Shown here piece after piece: positions 35,216-45,934 of a DNA stretch of 64,000 nucleotides (the stretch's first letter is position 1; every line of letters starts with the position of its first letter). Source of the stretch: a virus (Duplodnaviria > Caudoviricetes); IMG/VR virus record IMGVR_UViG_2654587505_000001, positions 64,001 through 128,000 of that record; one strand, 5' to 3'. The notes beneath the pieces were generated by a model, which did no database searches, was not told the origin of the DNA, and saw only the letters and a list, made by a program, of their open reading frames with translations. Both the position numbers and the translations under genes were made by a program.

Positions 35216-35980
35216 ATGAACAATATACATAATGAGATTGAGCAAGGATTGAAATTGGCGATGGCATCCCTGTCTATTGACAGGATGCCTACCGTTAAAG
35301 AGTTGAGAATGTTGGATATGAAAAAGTTAGAACAAATTATATCACGCAATGGCGGGTTCCTACATTGGGCTAGAAAACTCGATATTCCACAAAAGCAAAT
35401 AAAAAAGAAGTGGAACGATCAAATGGTCGAAGAAGAGATTTTTAACGTAATGAAAGCATTGCAAATTGATAGGATGCCAAGCAGAAGTGAAATTAAAAGC
35501 GTTAAACAAGATGGAGCGTTACATAACAAAATATGTAAAACACTAGGATATAGAGGATGGGCAGAAAAACTAGGGTTAGAAATAAAAGATAGTGAAACTA
35601 AACTTGGTCAAGACGCTGAAGAAATTGCTATCGATTTATTACAATCCAAAGGATTTTCTGTTGAAAGAATGACAGCCAAGCACCCATTTGATTTACTAGT
35701 TAATGACAATGTAAGAGTGGACGTAAAATCTGGCAGAGCATATGATCTACGTGGAAGTAGATGTCACACTTTCGGCATTAGTAAAAAACATGCTTCATGT
35801 GATATTTATCTGATATTTGCTTTATCTGAAGAAGGAGAATTGGAACGAACATTTGTGATTCCAAGTCATAAACTTAAAGTGGTCACACTGTCTATCGGTG
35901 CAAATTCAATGTACGATATTTACAAAGATAGATGGGATTACATTAATACATACGATAAATTTTATCAAAGTGTAATTTGA
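35216..35980 (+). CDS. Putative free-standing endonuclease (HTH repeats plus PD-(D/E)XK)
   Basis: Repeated IDRMP units; PFDLLVN..VDVK. Confidence 0.65.
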   Translation: MNNIHNEIEQGLKLAMASLSIDRMPTVKELRMLDMKKLEQIISRNGGFLHWARKLDIPQKQIKKKWNDQMVEEEIFNVMKALQIDRMPSRSEIKSVKQDGALHNKICKTLGYRGWAEKLGLEIKDSETKLGQDAEEIAIDLLQSKGFSVERMTAKHPFDLLVNDNVRVDVKSGRAYDLRGSRCHTFGISKKHASCDIYLIFALSEEGELERTFVIPSHKLKVVTLSIGANSMYDIYKDRWDYINTYDKFYQSVI

Positions 35981-36017
35981 AAAATAAAACACATAAAAAA
36001 GGAGAATAAATATATAT

Positions 36018-37022
36018 ATGACATTTGATATCTTTAACCCACAAATTTCTGTTGTTGCTAAAGGGCTTGAAGGGAAGGTGTTGCTTGTATATGGCAGTAA
36101 CAACTTGGGTAAGACCAAACAGGCAACACGCATGAAAAAACCATTTCATCTCGGATTTGAGCAAGGTCTTAATGCAATTGCAGGCGTACCTTTTCTTCCG
36201 ATTAATAGTTGGGCAGATTTCAAAAAAATTAATAAACAACTCACAAATCCAAAAACTCTTGATAAAGTAAAAGAACTATATAATACGATTATTTTTGATG
36301 AAGTTTATGCATCTAGTCTTTATTGCCAATATTATATTTGCACTAAATATGATGCTGAAACAATGGGTGATCGAGTAGAAGGCAAGAATTTATATCAAGA
36401 ATATGAACGAGAATATTTGCGTGAAATCGATAAATTGATTAAAGCAGGATTTACCGTTGTTTTCATTGGGCATGCTGAATTTGATAAAGATATGAAGCAA
36501 ATTCGACCCAAAGGAGATAAGCGCAGTATGGGAGTTATCATCGACAACTCTGATATTGTAGTGTATTTAAAAAGCAATGGTGTTGATGATAAAGGAAATG
36601 TAATTAAATCAAGTGCTTATCTTGCTGAAACTCCAGAATATTTTGCTCGTAGTCGTTTTGACTATATTGATACATATATTGAAGAATATACCGCCGAAAA
36701 TCTTGAAAATGTAATTATCAAAGCAATTGAAAAACAAGAAAAGAAAGATGGTATTAAAGCAGTATCGTTTGTTCAACAAAGGGAAACTAAAATCTCCGAG
36801 GAACTGGACTTTGAAACAGTATACAATGAAACTATTGCTACTTGCAAAGAACTTGCTTCAAAAGATAGTCTTGAAACAGTAACAGAGATCATTGAAGAAC
36901 ATCTTGGTAAAGGAAAAAAAGTATCGGATTGTACAAAATCTCAAGTTGGAATTTTAAGTCTGATTCTTGATGATTTGAGAGATAAACTTAAAGAGATTGA
37001 AGACAAAGAAATTGAAGATTAA
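36018..37022 (+). CDS. Sak4/AAA_24-type ATPase (SPbeta YorG-like annealase)
   Basis: YGSNNLGKT, FEQG, IIFDE, VFIGH and ARSRF. Confidence 0.8.
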   Translation: MTFDIFNPQISVVAKGLEGKVLLVYGSNNLGKTKQATRMKKPFHLGFEQGLNAIAGVPFLPINSWADFKKINKQLTNPKTLDKVKELYNTIIFDEVYASSLYCQYYICTKYDAETMGDRVEGKNLYQEYEREYLREIDKLIKAGFTVVFIGHAEFDKDMKQIRPKGDKRSMGVIIDNSDIVVYLKSNGVDDKGNVIKSSAYLAETPEYFARSRFDYIDTYIEEYTAENLENVIIKAIEKQEKKDGIKAVSFVQQRETKISEELDFETVYNETIATCKELASKDSLETVTEIIEEHLGKGKKVSDCTKSQVGILSLILDDLRDKLKEIEDKEIED

Positions 37023-37157
37023 TATCAGCTAATAAAAGATTTTTATTACCATTTTTAGCTGAAAAAAGCTAGTAAAATCAAGCAATTCCTAGAGTGAAAA
37101 AATGTAAAAATAGCATCAATCTCTAGGAATTGCACTATATCACACAAAGGAGATGCC

Positions 37158-37844
37158 ATGACGCAGATTACAAAGCAGTCTCTTGCTATTGTGCTATTGA
37201 GCAGCATTATGATTACATCGTGTACTCCAAAGGCAGGAGAAATGAAAACAGAGAACTTGAAACCCTTATATGAGTCGCATATTGCTGATGAAGGTTTGAG
37301 AAATTATATGAGACTTATTAGTAAAAATATTAGTGAACAAGAAGAACAAAATATCATGGAAGAAGAATCAAAACGTCCAGAAATCAATAATATACCTTTG
37401 TCATCTGAATTGTTAGATTATATATATGAATTATGCAATGAGTATGAAATTCCTTATACATTAGCATTAGCAATTATGGCTGTTGAAAGTGGTTTTAATC
37501 CAAAAGCTATATCACCAACATCAGATTATGGTATAGCTCAGATAAATAAATCAAATATACACAACTTTGCTAGAGCAACAGGAATTGAAAATGTTGATCC
37601 GTTAAACCCTAAACATAACATTCAGATGCAGGTATATTATTTATCATATTTGAAACAAAAATGGTCAGATCCTAAGTATAAATTTAGCGAAGAACAAAAA
37701 TATTTTATGACTGTACTAGCGTATAACAGAGGGGAAACTAAGGCGCTGGAATGGGTCAGAAATAATGGATGGAATAATGCATATGTTAGAAGCGTGACAA
37801 AAGTAAAGGGCATGATTGAAACAAATACATATAAGAATGAGTGA
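37158..37844 (+). CDS. SLT-domain lytic transglycosylase, lipoprotein-like
   Basis: AIMAVESGFNP, YGIAQIN and AYNRG; N-terminal signal with ITSC. Confidence 0.85.
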   Translation: MTQITKQSLAIVLLSSIMITSCTPKAGEMKTENLKPLYESHIADEGLRNYMRLISKNISEQEEQNIMEEESKRPEINNIPLSSELLDYIYELCNEYEIPYTLALAIMAVESGFNPKAISPTSDYGIAQINKSNIHNFARATGIENVDPLNPKHNIQMQVYYLSYLKQKWSDPKYKFSEEQKYFMTVLAYNRGETKALEWVRNNGWNNAYVRSVTKVKGMIETNTYKNE

Positions 37845-38111
37845 TACAATGAGTAAAAATACATATTGGTATCGTATTAGTGCTAATGAACTAATTGTAT
37901 ATACGGAGGATATTAAAACGGCAGAGAAGATACCTGTAAAACCCACAATGACATATATGGAACATAAGAATATGAGGGTAACAGGTTTTCAGTATCATGT
38001 GGAAAATAAGTCAGATGACTGGAGATTAGTCTTTGACGGACTCACGATTGGTAATTCAAACGAGAATAAAAAATATTCAGTAAAGTTAAACAGGAAAGGC
38101 GAGGTGATCGA

Positions 38112-38726
38112 TTGATTATTTTAGTCTTAGAAGGGTTGGATAAATGTGGTAAGCACAGTCAAACAAAATTACTTACTACTCGACTTAAGCAAAATGATTA
38201 TTTGACACTAAAAAGTGAGTTTCATGACTATTCATCTCCAACTGGAGAATTGATTATGAAGTGGCTTACAGGAAAATATAAAGCAGATCAAAAGGTAATA
38301 GAGTTTATCATGTCGGCAGATAAGCAAGCAAAACAATTATGGTTTGAGCAACTTGAAAAACAGTTAGATTATCTTGTTTTAGATAGATATACATTAAGCC
38401 AATATGTGTATGCAAAAGCAAATGGCATAGATCCTAATTGGACAGAGCAATTACAAAAGTACATGAGAAAGCCTGATTTAAATATCATTATCGACATTCC
38501 TGCTCAAGTTAGCATGAATAGAAAAGGAAAGCACAATGACGGTAATAATGACAAGTATGAATCTGACTATGAAATGCTTACTAGAGTTAGGGATAATTAT
38601 TTATCTTATGCCGATTCACATAAAAATGAATGCATCGTATTGAATGGCTTAAAAACGATTGAAGAAGTTCATGAAGATATTTGGAACAAACTTTTGGAAT
38701 TAGGAGTGGTTGAAAATCGAAAATAG
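38112..38726 (+). CDS. tmk: Thymidylate kinase
   Basis: LEGLDKCGKHSQ, LDRYTLSQ and PDL. Confidence 0.9.
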   Translation: MIILVLEGLDKCGKHSQTKLLTTRLKQNDYLTLKSEFHDYSSPTGELIMKWLTGKYKADQKVIEFIMSADKQAKQLWFEQLEKQLDYLVLDRYTLSQYVYAKANGIDPNWTEQLQKYMRKPDLNIIIDIPAQVSMNRKGKHNDGNNDKYESDYEMLTRVRDNYLSYADSHKNECIVLNGLKTIEEVHEDIWNKLLELGVVENRK

Positions 38727-39291
38727 AGTTGGAGATTGGATCGAGACATATACAGGTAAAAAACTATATCCTCTTGATCCACGCACAGAAGAGATTTGTA
38801 TTAAAGATATCGCACACGCTTTATCCTTAATGACTCGCTTTAATGGTCATGGAAGATATTTTTATTCAGTGGCACAACACAGTTTAAATGTGATGTTCGC
38901 CGCTGAGTCAGATGGACATTCCAAAGACATCCAGTTAAAATGTCTGCTTCATGATGCAAGTGAAGCATATATTGCCGATATCGTTTCACCTGCTAAAAGA
39001 TTTATGCCAGAATATAAGAAAATTGAAGAGCAGTTACAAAACACTATATGGAAAACATTTGGAATAGAAGTAACAGAAGAAGATGAAGAGATTATTAAAT
39101 TTTATGATTTAGCAATGTTAGGACTAGAAGCAAAAACAATGATGTATTGTAAGAATTGGGATATTACAAATACGTATTTAATTGAATTAAATGAGAAACA
39201 GCCTTTAGAAATCATTAATTTGAAACAGGAAGATATGGAAGTTATTGAAAGTCGATTTTTGAGTGCTTTTAATTATTTGATGCTGCGGTAA
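38710..39291 (+). CDS. HD-domain 5'-deoxynucleotidase (YfbR/YfdR-like); C-terminus altered by an insertion
   Basis: DIAHALS..RFNGH..YSVAQHS..LLHDASEAY..D. Confidence 0.85.
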   Translation: MKIENRVGDWIETYTGKKLYPLDPRTEEICIKDIAHALSLMTRFNGHGRYFYSVAQHSLNVMFAAESDGHSKDIQLKCLLHDASEAYIADIVSPAKRFMPEYKKIEEQLQNTIWKTFGIEVTEEDEEIIKFYDLAMLGLEAKTMMYCKNWDITNTYLIELNEKQPLEIINLKQEDMEVIESRFLSAFNYLMLR

Positions 39292-39422
39292 ATATCCTTC
39301 AACAGGGATTAAAGTTAGCGTAACAAAATTAACCGTAGGAACTACGGGGATAGCTTGCTAATTCTATTCTCATTAGAGAATATGGTGCAAGAATCCCGCG
39401 ACTTTAGTCGTGGGAGGTTCAA
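39282..39422 (+). mobile_element. 141-bp stand-alone copy of the IS200/IS605 right end/omegaRNA
   Basis: Matches 25021-25161 with one visible mismatch; inserted directly after TTGAT (39277-39281). Confidence 0.9.
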
Positions 39423-39524
39423 GAAGAAATGTTCTTTGAAATAATTAGGATTTATAAGAGTTTTTAAAGAAGATAAACATAATAAAATTTCGGTTTTATT
39501 AGGTATTGTGAGAGGAGAAATTAT

Positions 39525-40628
39525 TTGAACGGTAAGATTAATAAAGGCGACAATTTAAAGATTATGAAGAAAATTCAAGATAATTACGTTGACTCGTGCA
39601 TCAGTGATTTTCCATATTGGCTTGAGTTTATGGGAAAGTATTGGGACAAAGGAAGTCCTTATGAATGGACTTTACCAAGAGCAAAAGAGCTTTATAGAAT
39701 TATTAAACCCGGGGGATATGTTCTAATTTTTGGTCATCCGAAAACAAATCATCGTATGAAATGTGCGTTTGAAGATGTAGGATTTCAGATTGTTGACGAG
39801 ATTGATTGGTTATATATGACTGGATTTCCTAAGAATCAGGATATCGGAAAATTATTTGACAAACGAGCAGGAGTAGAAAGAGAAATAATTGGTTTTGTTC
39901 CAACTTCAAAAGGAATTCGTCCCGACAGTCATAATCTCATAGGTGATAAATGGGAACACAAAGGTCATCCAATAACAGTGCCAACAACCGAATTAGCAAA
40001 ACAATGGGACGGTTGGAAGACAGCGGGATTAAAGCCAGCAAAAGAACCTATTACAATTTTCCAAAAACCGCTTGAAGGCACATATTGCGACAATATTGAG
40101 AAGTATGGGTGTGGTGGGATGAACATTGATGCTTGCCGAATTCCGACTGACGATAAATTGGTTAGGCCGAGCATTCAAAGATTTGACAATGAAGTTTATG
40201 GAAAAGGACTTGGTGCAGGAATACAAGTGGAACCAGAAGGTAGATTTCCGATGAATATCATTACTTTAGACGAATCTATTTGGTTTAGCAAATATGCAAA
40301 TCCCTTTCCACAGTGGACGGATCAAGAGCTAAGTAAAAAGACGCAAACCAAAGAAAAGACACTAACAGACGGAACAAAAAACACTCATCCTACAGTTAAA
40401 CCTGTAGAACTGATTAAATGGTTGATTAAACTTGTTACACCTAAAGATGGGGTAACAATTGATATCGCGGCTGGAAGTTGTACTCATGGAGTAGCATGTG
40501 AAGAGTTAAACAAAGAAGGATATAGTCTGAAATGGTGCAATATCGAAATGGACGAAGATGAAAAAGGAAATAGTTTAGGATACATAGATATCGGTAAAAA
40601 GAGGTTAATGCAATTATTTAATACATAA
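39525..40628 (+). CDS. N4/N6 DNA methyltransferase (beta class)
   Basis: SDFPY, HPTVKP, DIAAGS. Confidence 0.85.
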   Translation: MNGKINKGDNLKIMKKIQDNYVDSCISDFPYWLEFMGKYWDKGSPYEWTLPRAKELYRIIKPGGYVLIFGHPKTNHRMKCAFEDVGFQIVDEIDWLYMTGFPKNQDIGKLFDKRAGVEREIIGFVPTSKGIRPDSHNLIGDKWEHKGHPITVPTTELAKQWDGWKTAGLKPAKEPITIFQKPLEGTYCDNIEKYGCGGMNIDACRIPTDDKLVRPSIQRFDNEVYGKGLGAGIQVEPEGRFPMNIITLDESIWFSKYANPFPQWTDQELSKKTQTKEKTLTDGTKNTHPTVKPVELIKWLIKLVTPKDGVTIDIAAGSCTHGVACEELNKEGYSLKWCNIEMDEDEKGNSLGYIDIGKKRLMQLFNT

Positions 40629-40673
40629 AAAATGTTAATTAAAGTAGATATTTATTGGGTGAGGTGATAGGTA

Positions 40674-41225
40674 ATTGCTAAAACGGAATTAACAACAAAA
40701 CTTGAAAAATCAATTTACAGTACAACAAATAAACAAGGAACGTTCGGCTGCTTTGAAGTTACAATTGGTTGGTTTGGTAACGAAAGAGTTGACTACATTA
40801 CATATGATACAAAGAGAATTTGGTGGTGCTATGAAATAAAAGTATCAAAAAGCGATTTCTATAGCAAATCAAAGAAAACCTTTGTTGGACATTTCAACTA
40901 CTTCGTGATGCCGAAGGAACTGTACGAAGAAGTCAAGAGTGATATTTCAGAGCATGTAGGCGTTTATGCAGAAGGCAGTTATTCAATCAAAAAGGCTAAG
41001 AAGGTTGAATTGGGCGTTGATGAGCAGATATTAAAGGACTCGATGATTCGATCTTTAGCAAGGGATGTAGAAAAGCTTTTTAGGAGTGAAAATCAATCAT
41101 ATGTAGACAGAATGAACCACAGGATTAGAGAATTAGAAAAGGATAGAGATAATTGGCGAGACAAGTATCAGAGATTGATGAATATTGGATATGAGAAATA
41201 TGGAAGTGGATGGTATAGAGAGTAA
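40674..41225 (+). CDS. PD-(D/E)XK nuclease-like protein (MmcB-like), probable ATT start
   Basis: Frame is open from ATT at 40674 after GAGGTG; ERVDY...YEIKVSKSDF...NYFVMP. Confidence 0.65.
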   Translation: MAKTELTTKLEKSIYSTTNKQGTFGCFEVTIGWFGNERVDYITYDTKRIWWCYEIKVSKSDFYSKSKKTFVGHFNYFVMPKELYEEVKSDISEHVGVYAEGSYSIKKAKKVELGVDEQILKDSMIRSLARDVEKLFRSENQSYVDRMNHRIRELEKDRDNWRDKYQRLMNIGYEKYGSGWYRE

Positions 41226-41469
41226 AATTGATTTTTACGGGGTGAAATATGGACAATGAAAAGTTTGCAGAAAAGGTAAAATCACTGAGAAAAAATCCAG
41301 ATGAATACATTAAATTTATAGAGGAAAATTTTGGATTTAAGTTGTTATATTATCAAAAACTTTTCTTAAAGTTACTGATGAATAAAAAAATAAAATTCTT
41401 ATGAAATAGAAGTTTTATTCATAAAAAAATAACCAGATAGAATCTGGTCAGATCAGTAAATAAGTAATT

Positions 41470-41616
41470 CTATTTTTTCTTACCAGATCTAGATTGAGCA
41501 AGAGCTGATCCTGCCAACGATTTAGTTAACGCACTTGTTGACTTGCTACTAAGTGCTTTTGATGCCTTTGTAGAAATAGGATCAGAAGTTACTTTACGAG
41601 TACTGCTTTTAGCCAT
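41470..41616 (-). CDS. 48-aa Ser/Lys-rich basic peptide (not in the supplied track)
   Basis: MAKSSTRKVTSDPISTKASKALSSKSTSALTKSLAGSALAQSRSGKKK; GAGGTG RBS, own promoter and terminator. Confidence 0.8.
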   Translation of the reverse strand: MAKSSTRKVTSDPISTKASKALSSKSTSALTKSLAGSALAQSRSGKKK

Positions 41617-41655
41617 TTATCATCACCTCAATTCATTCATGACGTTTATAGAAAT

Positions 41656-41722
41656 ATTTTACAACACAATATATAGTGTGTCAACCACTTTTGTTCTTAT
41701 TTGTTCCTACTATATGTGGTGA
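41656..41722 (-). promoter_or_regulatory. SigA promoter with two NrdR-box-like sites
   Basis: TTGACA-17-TAAAAT on the - strand; ACACAATATATAGTGT at 41664-41679 and CTACTATATGTGGTGA at 41707-41722. Confidence 0.7.
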
Positions 41723-41758
41723 TAAAATTACACTTTCATTAGGATCGGAGGTAATCTT

Positions 41759-44700
41759 TTGATTGATTCACTACCTTCAGTATATGCAAAAGATGTACTA
41801 TTTGATGGGGAAGTAGATGAATATACTCAAATACTAAATGCTTATCCAATCAGTCATCAAGATTCTATTGAGATTCTTAGATGGGTTGCCAGATTAAAAG
41901 GAAATGGATTATCAAATGATATGATTATTAACCGATTGATGAGAAGGGGGAAGTTTTTGATTTGAAAATTATCGCAGTAGACAATTTTGGTCGTGAAAGT
42001 GTTGCAGATAAATTGATTGCCGAAAATGTAAGTGAATATTGGGGTAAATATATTGTTGAGTTAATGAATGATAAACAGCATGACGATAGCTTACATTATT
42101 TTAAGCTAGTCAGTGATGATTATAGACTGTGGAGAGGTATGGAGGAGTTGGTTTGAGTATGTATCTATATGTTAAATTCACAGATACATTTGAAAGATAT
42201 ATAAACATGGTAAATGGAATTGATGGAGTTCCTGTTCATGAGCGTGTTGTAAGAGTTAAATTTACAGACGAACAAATTGAATTGTTGCATCCTAGAAAAG
42301 TTGGTGTTGATTGCGGCAAAGATGTCCTTGAATACAGGACATCGATTTAAACTCAAGAAGAATAGATTACTTTAAAATCGGATTTTTATTGGGAAGTGGA
42401 TGTAACATGAAGAAAGATAAAATTAAAGTTCATTTTTATTGTGGGATGTATCGCGGTGAACCAAAGTGGAGATATGGTTATGATTGGTATAAAGAACCTG
42501 AAGAATGTTATAACGAAGGTATCATTGAAGTAGATAAAATTGATTGGGAAGAAGAATCTGTTAGTTATATTTGCCCTGAGTGTAAAAATGAATTATATCA
42601 ATCTGATGGTCACTTTGAATTAGTAAGTGAGTAAGATTGAGAATTCTGATTGAGAGGATAACTTTGAAAAAAATGGATGGAGGATGATGTAAAAATGTTG
42701 CCTGAACACGAGATCAAATATCGAGTTTATTACAAAGACAAAACTAATAATGTTGCATGGTATTCAGACGATTCCGACTATGAATTAGCAGAAAAGAGAT
42801 ATGAATACAAAATAAATAATGATGAATATTATGATGTGAAACTTGTTAAAGAAACTATTAATAGAACTGTGTTGAGAGAACAATAAAATGGAAAATTTAT
42901 AGGAATTGAGGAGGATTTAAAAATGAGAGATATAATCATTGAGACTGCCAAGAAAAATACTGAAATAAATTCTGCTAATGCTGCTGACCTACACTTACTA
43001 AAATTGAAATCTATCAAGGATTTAGATTGTGTGAAAGATTTGATGTGTGAATGGGCAGCGGAGTCTTTAGATGATAAAGAAAATAGAAAATGGATTAGAC
43101 AAGATATTAAAGATGGTATCACATTTATCTTTTGGTACGATCAAGAAGGGAAATTGGAATATAGCCGTTGAGGTGGGATTAATGATGAATCCTGAAAATG
43201 ATAAATTTACTTTGGATGAGTTAATCGAATTGAAAATCCATATTGAAAATCGAATTCAGCAAATAAAGGACAATATTGCCACGAGTGTACTAAACGATGC
43301 TGAAGATCGAATTATTCAATATCATAGGAAAAGACTGTCCGAAGCAATGACCAATTTAAGAAGGTTAAAAAAGTTAGGATTTAGTGTAAATTCAGAATTC
43401 GACCAAGAAACAATTAATATGAGCCAATTAATTATAAATGAAAAATTTGTATAATTTATAAATGGTCTCATTCTCATAGGGAGTTGATGTTTTGTTTATT
43501 AGAAAGCGCAAAGTGTTAGATGAAATTGAGGCAATGCGGAACGAGTTATTGCAGCATATTGATACTTGGAGTAAATCAAATAGCGAAGATAAGTGGGAGA
43601 GGTTAGATAAGTTTAGGTTTGCTAGTGATGAACTAGCAGAGTTAGCATACTGGCTTAAACACAATGAACGATATAGACCACGATAAAAGGCTGATTTTAT
43701 TGGGAAAGGATAAATAAAAAAATGCCAATTGTAACAAAAGACAATACTAAGTATTTACAGTTTGGTTACGGAGACATTTTTGTGGGCGAAGCAAAAGATA
43801 GTGAAACAGGCATGACTTATGGAGTGGCATTTGTTCTGAGCGAACCAAGAGATATTGGTGCGGAATGGAATGAGGTTAAAGGGTTGACATTAGACCAATT
43901 AGATACTCATGTCATTATGCAGTTTGATAAAATAGAATCTCTTGATGTGGTAATTGAAACATTGCAGAATATTCGTAAGACAATGCAGATGCAAGATAAC
44001 GCATACTAATCAAATAAATGATGGATTTCATTGGGAAAGGAGATAATATGAAAAATCGGGAAACTGTAAAGATAGGTTCGTTTCGAGATTTTGATATTTA
44101 CAAACGAGACGATTTGAATATGTATATTAAGTTTCATGAAACAGGCGATGTATACACAATGGGATTTGAAGAAGGCACTTTGATCAAAATTTCCAATTTG
44201 CTTAAAGAAAAAATCGGTCTATAAAAGGTAGATTTTATATGGTTGGAGGAAAGTATGATTCATGAATTAAAAACTTGGTCTGAATATTTTCATAAACTTA
44301 AAACTGAAGAAAAAACCTTTGAGGTCAGAAAAAACGATAGAAACTTTAAAGTTGGAGACTTGTTGTTACTTAGAGAGTACAATCCAAATACCGGATATAC
44401 TAATGAAGTTTGTTGGCGAAAGATTACATATATTCTCGATGATCCTAATTTCGTCAAAGATGGTTTTGTAATACTTGGGATAAAGAATGCAGAAGTTTTC
44501 TTTTAGTAAATGAAATTCATTTTCATGGGGTGGGAAGTGGTTTATATTAAAACTATTTATATTAAAGCAACGTATAAATCTGGAAGAGTACATTATTTTA
44601 CAATTAATAATTTTGATAATTTTCGTTCAGCAATGAATCATATGCTTAAATGCAAATGGAATATATTCGATCATTTTGTAATTAATATTGATGAAGTTGA

Positions 44701-45034
44701 AACATTTGAAGAAACAACAGCCGATAAGCAAATCATTAGTTGAGCAAATCAAATTTCATATTTATAGGGAGGAAGTATGCAAATTCAATTAGGCAAAGGT
44801 GATGTAGCAATTATGCTTGCTACAAATGATGAAAATCGGAGTGCTAACGGAATTGCATTTGTTAGAAGAAATGCTGAATATCTGATTGCGGTTGATGTTG
44901 ACTGCGATGTGACGAATGAAGAAATCGAGAATGGAACTTTGGGGTATATATTCTTTAGTAATCCCAAATCGATTGATGCTGTAATTAATCAATTAAACAA
45001 ACTAAAAGAAAAATATGGACAATATATAAAATAA
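41759..45034 (+). other. Array of about 13 small ORFs, including an ASCH/DUF3850-like protein at 44243-44506
   Basis: HELKTWSEYF..KTFEVRKNDRNFKVGD in 44243; junction sites between most genes. Confidence 0.75.
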
Positions 45035-45092
45035 TAGTTGGTAAATGAAATAGTGTTTTATCTGGATTCATAAGCAGATATGGGAAAGCAGA

Positions 45093-45845
45093 TTAAAAAA
45101 GCAAGCGACTTACTTCTTTATTTTTGTAATGAAGATAAGATTTTTCTAACATTTCATAATCCCAAAACTGCACGCGGTTTTTTAAATTTCTATATACATT
45201 CCATTTAAGTGTTTCATAAAATAACTTCTCCTTCTTGCGAGGGGCGACAACTACCATCTCAACAGCAAAATTTCTAAGTTCGTTGAATTTATTTAAGGAT
45301 TTTGAGAAATCGGTGGTATTCTCAACTTCAAAAATCTTTCTAGGAAAGAGGGTGTCTGTATTTCCATTAAGCCATATTACATCAATGGTTTTAATTCTAT
45401 TTATAACTTCTTTGTAAGTAAATTCAGGCAATTTTGTAAAACTTGCCAAATTTTTTAACGGTATATCAATGTATTTTCGGTTTTGATCTTGAGCAGGAAC
45501 ATAGGTTTTATAACCTAACATATTCCCTGAAGTGATTAACATTCCTTGATTGTAAGAGTGTAAATTTAACTTAAAATCTTCATTTTGTTTATCATGTTCC
45601 ATAAGGTTAATTACATTATCTGGTAATTTATCTTTAAACTCATTTAAAGCCCAAAGTCCCGGCCTGATCTTAAAAAAATACCTTTGATCTTGAACTATTC
45701 TTCTAATGGTCGCATCAGGCGTTTTAGTTTTCCAGTTAACATGCTTTACCTGTAAAACTTCTCTGTATAAATCTAATAAAGTGGTATAACCACCTTTTTG
45801 TTTCATAACATCAATAACTACTTGAGTCTGAGTAATTTTCTTCAT
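45093..45845 (-). CDS. Winged-HTH (HARE-HTH-like) plus PD-(D/E)XK restriction-endonuclease-like protein
   Basis: WKTKTPDATIRRIVQ; IDVIW...FEVENTT. Confidence 0.7.
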   Translation of the reverse strand: MKKITQTQVVIDVMKQKGGYTTLLDLYREVLQVKHVNWKTKTPDATIRRIVQDQRYFFKIRPGLWALNEFKDKLPDNVINLMEHDKQNEDFKLNLHSYNQGMLITSGNMLGYKTYVPAQDQNRKYIDIPLKNLASFTKLPEFTYKEVINRIKTIDVIWLNGNTDTLFPRKIFEVENTTDFSKSLNKFNELRNFAVEMVVVAPRKKEKLFYETLKWNVYRNLKNRVQFWDYEMLEKSYLHYKNKEVSRLLF

Positions 45846-45934
45846 TGTTTTTGCTCCTACAGGAAGAATATGTATATGTAAAACAATATCAAAAAATTAA
45901 TAAAAATACTAGTCTATCAATGGAGAGTGTCTAT

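Noticed and set aside
34251-35349. Long minus-strand ORFs in the track (e.g. 34608-35267, 15410-15877, 1670-2101, 49402-49710)
   Set aside because: These are antisense shadows of well-supported + strand genes, with no RBS or recognisable motifs.
37082-37133. 13-bp inverted repeat gcaattcctagag...ctctaggaattgc as a MITE or riboswitch
   Set aside because: Single copy, no TSD and no recognisable RNA family; probably a local terminator or operator.
38112-39291. Z-base or other hypermodification pathway (DatZ-like HD plus kinase)
   Set aside because: No PurZ, MazZ or modification synthase is present in the window; an ordinary nucleotide-salvage role suffices.
41690-41708. LexA box (gttc repeats) upstream of the 48-aa gene
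   Set aside because: The repeats are direct, not the inverted GAAC-N4-GTTC.
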